A program made the position numbers and the translations under genes. Shown piece after piece: positions 35,722-40,542 of a DNA stretch of 40,542 bases. A model generated the notes under the pieces. The model was not told the DNA's origin and did no database searches. It worked only from the letters and a program-made list of their open reading frames with translations. Source of the DNA: Candidatus Altimarinota bacterium (GTDB lineage Bacteria > Patescibacteriota > Gracilibacteria > UBA4473); assembly GCA_020629095.1 (NCBI GenBank), contig JAHDDZ010000001.1:1-40542 (forward strand), written 5' to 3'. Positions within the stretch are counted from its first letter, which is position 1. The number at the start of each line of letters is the position of its first letter.

Positions 35722-37464
35722 CTACTTTACGGTCACGGACTTGGCCAAGTTGCGCGGCTGGTCTGGGTCAAGGCCACGCTCGACCGCCATGTGGTATGAT
35801 AAAATCTGCACAGGAATGACGGTGCTGATGCACTGTGCCTCATCGCAATCTGGCACGCGGATCCACTCATCAAAGACCTCTGAGTGTATGCAGCTGACCC
35901 CAATGACCCACGCGCCACGGCTTTTGACCTCCATGGCGTTGCTGAGGGTCTCTGGGTCATCGCCTAGCACCAGCACAGGCGCACCCTCCGTAATGAGAGC
36001 AATGGGCCCGTGTTTGAGCTCTCCTGCGGCAAAACCCTGCGCATGAACATAACTCACCTCCTGAATTTTAATCGACGCCTCGAGCGCCATGGGGTAGAGC
36101 GTATTTCGCCCGATGATGAACATATTTTCGTGTTTTGCCAGTTTTTTTGAAATAGCTTCAATTCGCTCCTCGAACCGCGGGTTGAGCATGTCATTTATTG
36201 CACCGGCTGTTGCACTCAATAGCTCGCGCCCTTCGTTGACGCGCCCTGCATCAGCGTATGCCAGCAAGAACAAAATCGCCATCTGAGCAGTGGCAGCTTT
36301 TGTGCTGGCAACAGCTTTTTCTGGGCCTGTCTGCAATGGCAGGTGCACATCCGCCATGCGTGCCATAGAGCTGCTTTCTACATTTGTCATGGCGAGTATT
36401 TTTGCCCCTTTATTTTTTCCAATCTCCAGCACCTCCATTACATCTGCTGTTTCGCCGCTTTGACTCACTGCCAGTAGTAGTGTCCCCTCGCGCACAAACT
36501 GCAAAAAGCTGCTCATTTCAGATGCGGGCACCACATTCACTTTTCGTCCAGCGATGTTAGCAAAAAAGTATTCCCCTGCCATAGCGGCTTTGTTGGCCGT
36601 TCCACACGCAATTGCATACACGCCTTTAGCCTCTTTCATCATTTTTGCAGCGGCTTTCAGCTTGTCATTGCTTTGGTTAATAGCACTCGCGATTGTGCTT
36701 TTTTGCTCGCGTATTTCTTTAATCATAAAGTGCGGATGGTCGCCTTTTGTGGCATCTTCGGCTTCCCATGGAACCGCGATTGTTCGCTTGTCAATTGCCT
36801 TTCCGCTCTGTAGATTTAAAAACTCAACTTCAGCACCAACAACCCGCACCATCTCATTGTCATCCAAGTAATTTACATTTTTTGTATAGGGCAAAAATGC
36901 TGGAATATCAGATGCAATATACGTCTCGTGCTCACCTCGGCCGATGATCAGAGGGCTGCCCTTTCGCGCAGCACAAATGCCAGGACGCCCTTCAAAGAAA
37001 GCCAATACGGCATATCGTCCCTCGACTTCTTTTGCCATTTGCATCATGCACTCTTCAGGGGTTTTGCCAGTAGCAAAGTGCGCAGCAAGCAGGCTTGCCA
37101 TCACCTCTGTGTCGGTCTCAGACGCATAGGTAGTTGGATATTTTTCTTTTAGCTCCCGATAATTTTCACAGATTCCATTGTGAATTAGCGTAACACCTCC
37201 GACCACGTGCGGGTGTGCATTTGCTTTTGTTACACCGCCATGGGTTGCCCAACGACTGTGCCCAAAGGCTTCGACGCCATCTGGAAAGTCACAGTGCACT
37301 TGGCTAATTTTTCCTACGTCTTTACAAATAAAAACATCGTTTCTCGCAGTTCTAACAGCGACACCCCAGCTGTCATATCCTCTGTATTCAAGAGCTTTTA
37401 GCCCTTTTAAGACTGTCGCCCCAGAGGCAACAGACGAGCCGGAAACGCCAAAAATTCCACACAT
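35722..37464 (-). CDS. glmS: Glutamine--fructose-6-phosphate aminotransferase
   Basis: The ATG at 37464 gives MCGIFGV, the N-terminal Cys nucleophile. Two SIS domains follow, and the protein ends ...NLAKSVTVK. The track ORF starts at 37560. Confidence 0.95.
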   Translation of the reverse strand: MCGIFGVSGSSVASGATVLKGLKALEYRGYDSWGVAVRTARNDVFICKDVGKISQVHCDFPDGVEAFGHSRWATHGGVTKANAHPHVVGGVTLIHNGICENYRELKEKYPTTYASETDTEVMASLLAAHFATGKTPEECMMQMAKEVEGRYAVLAFFEGRPGICAARKGSPLIIGRGEHETYIASDIPAFLPYTKNVNYLDDNEMVRVVGAEVEFLNLQSGKAIDKRTIAVPWEAEDATKGDHPHFMIKEIREQKSTIASAINQSNDKLKAAAKMMKEAKGVYAIACGTANKAAMAGEYFFANIAGRKVNVVPASEMSSFLQFVREGTLLLAVSQSGETADVMEVLEIGKNKGAKILAMTNVESSSMARMADVHLPLQTGPEKAVASTKAATAQMAILFLLAYADAGRVNEGRELLSATAGAINDMLNPRFEERIEAISKKLAKHENMFIIGRNTLYPMALEASIKIQEVSYVHAQGFAAGELKHGPIALITEGAPVLVLGDDPETLSNAMEVKSRGAWVIGVSCIHSEVFDEWIRVPDCDEAQCISTVIPVQILSYHMAVERGLDPDQPRNLAKSVTVK

Positions 37465-37471
37465 TGACTCT

Positions 37472-37499
37472 ATTGTCGGTACGAAAAAAAGAAAGTCAA
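37472..37499 (-). promoter_or_regulatory. Candidate promoter for glmS, near-leaderless
   Basis: On the minus strand: TTGACT (37499->37494), a 16-nt spacer, then GACAAT (37477->37472). Seven nt follow before the ATG at 37464. Confidence 0.3.
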
Positions 37500-37501
37500 G
37501 C

Positions 37502-37530
37502 TTGACAATGCGCCTCCGTCTGACTACATT
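37502..37530 (+). promoter_or_regulatory. Candidate promoter for rpsP
   Basis: TTGACA (37502-37507), a 17-nt spacer, then TACATT (37525-37530). The -10 lies 28 nt upstream of the ATG at 37559. Confidence 0.5.
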
Positions 37531-37558
37531 TTGCACCGAACTACAGAATACACTTTTC

Positions 37559-38026
37559 ATGCTAATTATCCGTTTTGCTCGCAGAGGTCGCCGAAATCGT
37601 GCTTTTTACGACCTGGTCGTTGCAGAAAAAGCCCGTGCAGTGCAGAAAAAATATGTTGAGAAATTGGGCTATTTTGACCCCCACACAGACGGTGGTGCTG
37701 GAAAATTTGAGTATGATATAGATGCTGTCAAAAAATATATTGGAAATGGGGCGCAAATGAGCGACAGTGTTGCAAAAAAACTGACAAAAGCGGGGGTAAA
37801 GGAAGCAGAAAAATTTGTTCTTCGACGAGCAAGTAAGCCACCAAAGCCAGTGGAAGCACCTGAACCAAAAGCAGAAGAGCTCGTAGCAGAGAATGCAGAA
37901 GAGACATCAGCCGCTGAAGAAGCAAAAGCTGAGGAGCCGAAAGCTGAAGTAGTAGAAGAATCCTCCGCAAAAGAGGAGGCCGCTTCGGAGCCAAAAGCAA
38001 CGGAAGAAGCACCAGCTGCTGAGTAG
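37559..38026 (+). CDS. rpsP: 30S ribosomal protein S16 with an acidic Ala/Glu/Lys-rich C-terminal extension
   Basis: The start reads MLIIRFARRGRRNRAFYDLVVAEKARAVQKKYVEKLGYFDP. The last roughly 65 aa are low-complexity (PKPVEAPEPKAEELVAENAEETSAAEEAKAEEPKAE...). Confidence 0.9.
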   Translation: MLIIRFARRGRRNRAFYDLVVAEKARAVQKKYVEKLGYFDPHTDGGAGKFEYDIDAVKKYIGNGAQMSDSVAKKLTKAGVKEAEKFVLRRASKPPKPVEAPEPKAEELVAENAEETSAAEEAKAEEPKAEVVEESSAKEEAASEPKATEEAPAAE

Positions 38027-38027
38027 T

Positions 38028-38056
38028 TTGCGTGATGTGCCTATATTGATTAGAAT
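38028..38056 (+). promoter_or_regulatory. Candidate internal promoter for the KH-domain gene, in a leaderless configuration
   Basis: TTGCGT (38028-38033), a 17-nt spacer, then TAGAAT (38051-38056). Six nt (acaact) follow before the ATG at 38063. Confidence 0.45.
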
Positions 38057-38062
38057 ACAACT

Positions 38063-38335
38063 ATGAGTGAAAAGACACAGCCAGTTGAGCAGTTTCTGAG
38101 CTATACTATTTCAAATTTACTCGATACTGGAAGTGTGCACGAAGTTAAAGTGGAGGAAGATGAAATAGGTGTCATTGCTCGCATTTATGTAGCAGAAGAT
38201 CAAATGGGAAAATTAATTGGGCGAAATGGACAAACTATCAGCGCCTTGCGGTTGCTGGTGCGGTCAATCGGGGCACGGATTGGCACAAAAGCGACGCTGA
38301 AGGTCGTCGAGCCAACTGATAAGACAGAAGTATGA
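38063..38335 (+). CDS. KH-domain RNA-binding protein (YlqC/UPF0109 family)
   Basis: The sequence IYVAEDQMGKLIGRNGQTISALRLLV contains the GxxG KH motif. Its position after rpsP is the conserved one. Confidence 0.85.
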   Translation: MSEKTQPVEQFLSYTISNLLDTGSVHEVKVEEDEIGVIARIYVAEDQMGKLIGRNGQTISALRLLVRSIGARIGTKATLKVVEPTDKTEV

Positions 38336-38835
38336 TACCTTTTATTCAATCAGCTTTTGCGCAATCTGGACAAGGAGGAGCGTTGCCAAGCACTGGACAG
38401 GGCGGCACAACGACTGGCGGAAGCATTTTTGATAGTGCATCAACGAGTTCTGGCCTTGGAGTAGATGCGCCGACGCTCATCAGCAGTAGCCCGATCTTAG
38501 GAGAACTCAGCTTTAGTGAACTAATTCAGATGATAATTGTATATGCCTTTATTATCGCAGCGGCACTTAGTGCTATTTTTATTTTTATTGGAGGAATCAA
38601 TTTTATTCTCTCTGGCGGGGCAGATGACAAGATTAAGCAAGCTGTGAATACTATTCGATACAGCATTATTGGACTAATTGTAACTATTTTGAGCTTTACA
38701 TTTGTGACTATTATTGGGCGTATTTTTGGCATAGACTTTCTTGGCTATGTATCATATGACAGCATCCGAGATAGTATAAACCAGCTAACACAGTCGGTTC
38801 AGGTTGAAAATCCATCTATCTTTTCTCCTCAATAA
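38332..38835 (+). CDS. Small VirB2/TrbC-like pilin-hairpin membrane protein
   Basis: Its ATG forms an ATGA overlap with the KH gene stop. A Gly/Ser/Thr-rich N-terminal region is followed by two TM helices with a short polar loop (IIVYAFIIAAALSAIFIFIGGINFILSGGADDKIKQAVNTIRYSIIGLIVTILSFTFVTIIG). Confidence 0.55.
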   Translation: MIPFIQSAFAQSGQGGALPSTGQGGTTTGGSIFDSASTSSGLGVDAPTLISSSPILGELSFSELIQMIIVYAFIIAAALSAIFIFIGGINFILSGGADDKIKQAVNTIRYSIIGLIVTILSFTFVTIIGRIFGIDFLGYVSYDSIRDSINQLTQSVQVENPSIFSPQ

Positions 38836-38840
38836 ATCAC

Positions 38841-39473
38841 TTGGTGCAATGGATCCGTGCTGCAGTTTTTCCGCCCAAGTGCGTTATCTGTGGCGCAGAG
38901 GCTGTTTTGCTCTGCCATAATTGTCGGCGGTGGGAGGATTATAGAGGAGAAAAAGCACTGCCATACATTGAGGAATTGCAGGTCGCAGTGGCCTATAATG
39001 ACACGGCAAAGGCTGTCGTAGAGCATTTAAAGTACTATGGTATGCAGCAAATGCGGGGGGTTATTTTACCACAAATTGAGGGTGTTTTTAAAAACAAAAA
39101 GACGGTCATTGTGCCGATTCCCCTGCACTGGACCCGTCAGCTGTGGCGCGGTTTTAACCAGTCTCTAGTGTTGTCGGAGGTTATTGCAGAGACGACGCAT
39201 ATGCCAATTCAGCACTTGTTACAACGAAAAAAAAGAACAAAACAGCAGGCAAAACTGAGCAGAAAACTGCGGCGAAAAAACCTGGAAAATGCGTTTTGTA
39301 TGCGAAAAAATGGCGATATACCCAGCTCTGTTACAATTGTCGATGACGTATGCGCAACCGGTGAAACGCTCATTTCGGCAGCAAAAACTTTGAAAGAAGC
39401 GGGCGTAAAAGAAGTGAGGGCTATTGTTTTTGCTCGGCCAAACCTGCTTGACACAGCCGCACGCTCTGACTAG
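38841..39473 (+). CDS. comFC: ComF-family phosphoribosyltransferase-domain protein
   Basis: The N-terminus has CxxC...CxxC (CVICGAEAVLLCHNC). The PRT motif reads VTIVDDVCATGETL. The start is the TTG at 38841 or the GTG at 38844. Confidence 0.8.
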   Translation: MVQWIRAAVFPPKCVICGAEAVLLCHNCRRWEDYRGEKALPYIEELQVAVAYNDTAKAVVEHLKYYGMQQMRGVILPQIEGVFKNKKTVIVPIPLHWTRQLWRGFNQSLVLSEVIAETTHMPIQHLLQRKKRTKQQAKLSRKLRRKNLENAFCMRKNGDIPSSVTIVDDVCATGETLISAAKTLKEAGVKEVRAIVFARPNLLDTAARSD

Positions 39474-39476
39474 AGT
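39448..39476 (+). promoter_or_regulatory. Candidate promoter for rpmG, embedded in the 3' end of comF
   Basis: TTGACA (39448-39453), a 17-nt spacer, then TAGAGT (39471-39476). The -10 lies 22 nt upstream of the ATG at 39499. Confidence 0.5.
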
Positions 39477-39498
39477 ACGATCGAATAAAATTATAGGT

Positions 39499-39708
39499 AT
39501 GGCACGAGCAACTAAAAAGCGATCATTTTTTGCCCTTTACTGCACAGAGTGCATGGAAAAAGAGGGGAAACGTGTTGAGAATTATAAGATTCTTTTGAAT
39601 ACACAAAACACAAATCCAAAGGAATTTACAGCACGAAAGTACTGTCCTCGCCTTCGAAAGCACACAATTCATAAGGCAAAGCAGATTTCACGAGCACAAA
39701 ACAAGTAG
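39499..39708 (+). CDS. rpmG: 50S ribosomal protein L33
   Basis: The sequence is MARATKKRSFFALYCTECMEKEGKRVENYKILLNTQNTNPKEFTARKYCPRLRKHTIHKAKQI. It shows the L33 pattern C..C...NY...KYCP...KHT.H.E.K. I chose the ATG at 39499; the track ORF starts at 39424. Confidence 0.85.
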   Translation: MARATKKRSFFALYCTECMEKEGKRVENYKILLNTQNTNPKEFTARKYCPRLRKHTIHKAKQISRAQNK

Positions 39709-39710
39709 TT

Positions 39711-39738
39711 TTGCTTCTGTTTGGTGTTTGCGTATAGT
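39711..39738 (+). promoter_or_regulatory. Candidate promoter for the AI-2E transporter gene, in a leaderless configuration
   Basis: TTGCTT (39711-39716), a 16-nt spacer, then TATAGT (39733-39738). Six nt (gactat) follow before the ATG at 39745. Confidence 0.45.
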
Positions 39739-39744
39739 GACTAT

Positions 39745-40542
39745 ATGAACTTCCTCGCAGGCATAAAAAATCGAATAGGCTCCATCCGTGGAAAGCTGGA
39801 GCAGGCAGAAACACAGTTGGCCGTACGAGCAGCCACGCGAAAGGATGCTCCAATGAAAGTGCAATTAGACATACCGCCCAAGACGATTACACGCGTCTTG
39901 GCGGTTTTGTTTATTGCATGGCTTTTGTGGCAGGCCATTTCAGAGCTGCAGTCGCTGCTTATTTCATTGCTTATTGTCGGTTTTTTTGGTTTGGCGCTAA
40001 CGCCGCTTTTAAACCGCCTAGAGCGGTATTTGCCGCGCTGGCTTGCGCTTCTCATTCTCTACACAGCTTTTATTGGCATCATCGCGCTGTGTGTCATCTT
40101 GGTGGTTCCGATCATTGCAGAGCAGTTCTTAATCCTTAGCCAAGAAGTGGGCACGTGGCTGTCGCCCAACAGCGCCTTTTTAAATGCCGCACAAGAGCAG
40201 TTAAATCGAATGGGGGTAGATGCTATTAACTTGAAATCTATTGCGGCAGAGAACGCCAGCACAATTTCTGGTGTGCTCAACAGCTTTGCTGGCAGCGCGC
40301 TTGGGCTCATTACAGGCATTTTCTCACAACTGTTTTCCATCACATTTACACTTGTTTTGCTCTTCTTCTTGTTGCTTGAAAGAGAGAGCGTGATTGCCTT
40401 TTTTGCTCAGTTGTTGCCAGCAGAAACACGTGAAAACTTGGCAGAAAAGCTTCCGGCTGTGCAGCAAAAAATTGAAGATTGGTTGGGCGGTCAGTTGCTT
40501 CTTATGCTCTCTGTTGCACTTTTGACTGGTATCGGGATGGGC
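39745..40542 (+). CDS. AI-2E family transporter (PerM/UPF0118), 3' end runs off the window
   Basis: This gene is absent from the ORF track because it has no stop inside the window. My own translation from the ATG at 39745 is open for 266 codons to the window end. It reads MNFLAGIKNRIGS...ITRVLAVLFIAWLLWQAISELQSLLISLLIVGFFGLALTPLLNRLERYLPRWLALLILY...LLFFLLLERESVIAFFAQLLP...KIEDWLGGQLLLML, the typical AI-2E layout. Confidence 0.8.
   Translation, partial: MNFLAGIKNRIGSIRGKLEQAETQLAVRAATRKDAPMKVQLDIPPKTITRVLAVLFIAWLLWQAISELQSLLISLLIVGFFGLALTPLLNRLERYLPRWLALLILYTAFIGIIALCVILVVPIIAEQFLILSQEVGTWLSPNSAFLNAAQEQLNRMGVDAINLKSIAAENASTISGVLNSFAGSALGLITGIFSQLFSITFTLVLLFFLLLERESVIAFFAQLLPAETRENLAEKLPAVQQKIEDWLGGQLLLMLSVALLTGIGMG

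Noticed and set aside
37465-37558. Possible glmS ribozyme or riboswitch upstream of glmS
   Set aside because: Only 94 nt are available, much of it occupied by the divergent rpsP promoter. The glmS ribozyme core needs about 170 nt, and the glmS promoter appears to be leaderless.
1-40542. UGA recoding (genetic code 25, as in Gracilibacteria/Absconditabacteria)
   Set aside because: TGA terminates conserved proteins at their expected C-termini (for example metG and the ATGA junctions). I saw no in-frame TGA within conserved genes.
1-40542. CRISPR arrays, transposases, integrases or prophage genes
   Set aside because: I noticed no direct-repeat/spacer periodicity, no DDE or tyrosine-recombinase-like ORF, and no terminal inverted repeats. 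The partial ImmA/IrrE gene is the only mobile-element-flavoured gene, and it has no XRE partner in the window.

Overview
The window is a very compact, almost fully coding bacterial segment. By inference only, its gene content resembles a reduced-genome CPR/Patescibacteria-like organism. TGA is an ordinary stop codon here. I did not see Shine-Dalgarno motifs upstream of the starts I inspected. I call 42 protein genes and no rRNA, tRNA, CRISPR array or transposase. Housekeeping genes are gap, tuf, dnaJ, holA, a prepilin peptidase, metG, fusA, glmS, rpsP plus a KH-domain protein, comF and rpmG. The main feature is a 12-gene minus-strand operon (8606-18833) with no intergenic nucleotides: nine ATGA overlaps and two 1-nt overlaps. 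It encodes an archaeal-type thiolase/HMG-CoA synthase/DUF35-like module, HMG-CoA reductase, a mevalonate (di)phosphate decarboxylase homolog, isopentenyl phosphate kinase and IDI. It also encodes a polyprenyl synthase, CrtB, CrtI and a UbiA prenyltransferase. No mevalonate kinase is recognisable. Other notable content: (1) a two-gene cassette of signal-peptide proteins ending in a VirB2/TrbC-like two-helix pilin hairpin (2486-6129), and a third such gene translationally coupled inside the rpsP operon. (2) Two DUF4012 paralogs and an O-antigen-ligase-like gene bracketing fusA. (3) A V/A-type ATPase operon (G/H-I-K-E-C-F-A) that ends at a strong terminator with no B or D subunit; its K subunit carries a Na+-site signature. 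(4) Recurrent TTGnnn-N16/17-TAnnnT promoters whose -10 box lies 6-8 nt before the ATG, suggesting leaderless mRNAs. (5) A decayed left edge with a partial ImmA/IrrE gene, a Nudix gene lacking a start codon, and a TauE/SafE gene broken in a T7 run. All functional calls come from reading motifs by eye; no searches were run.
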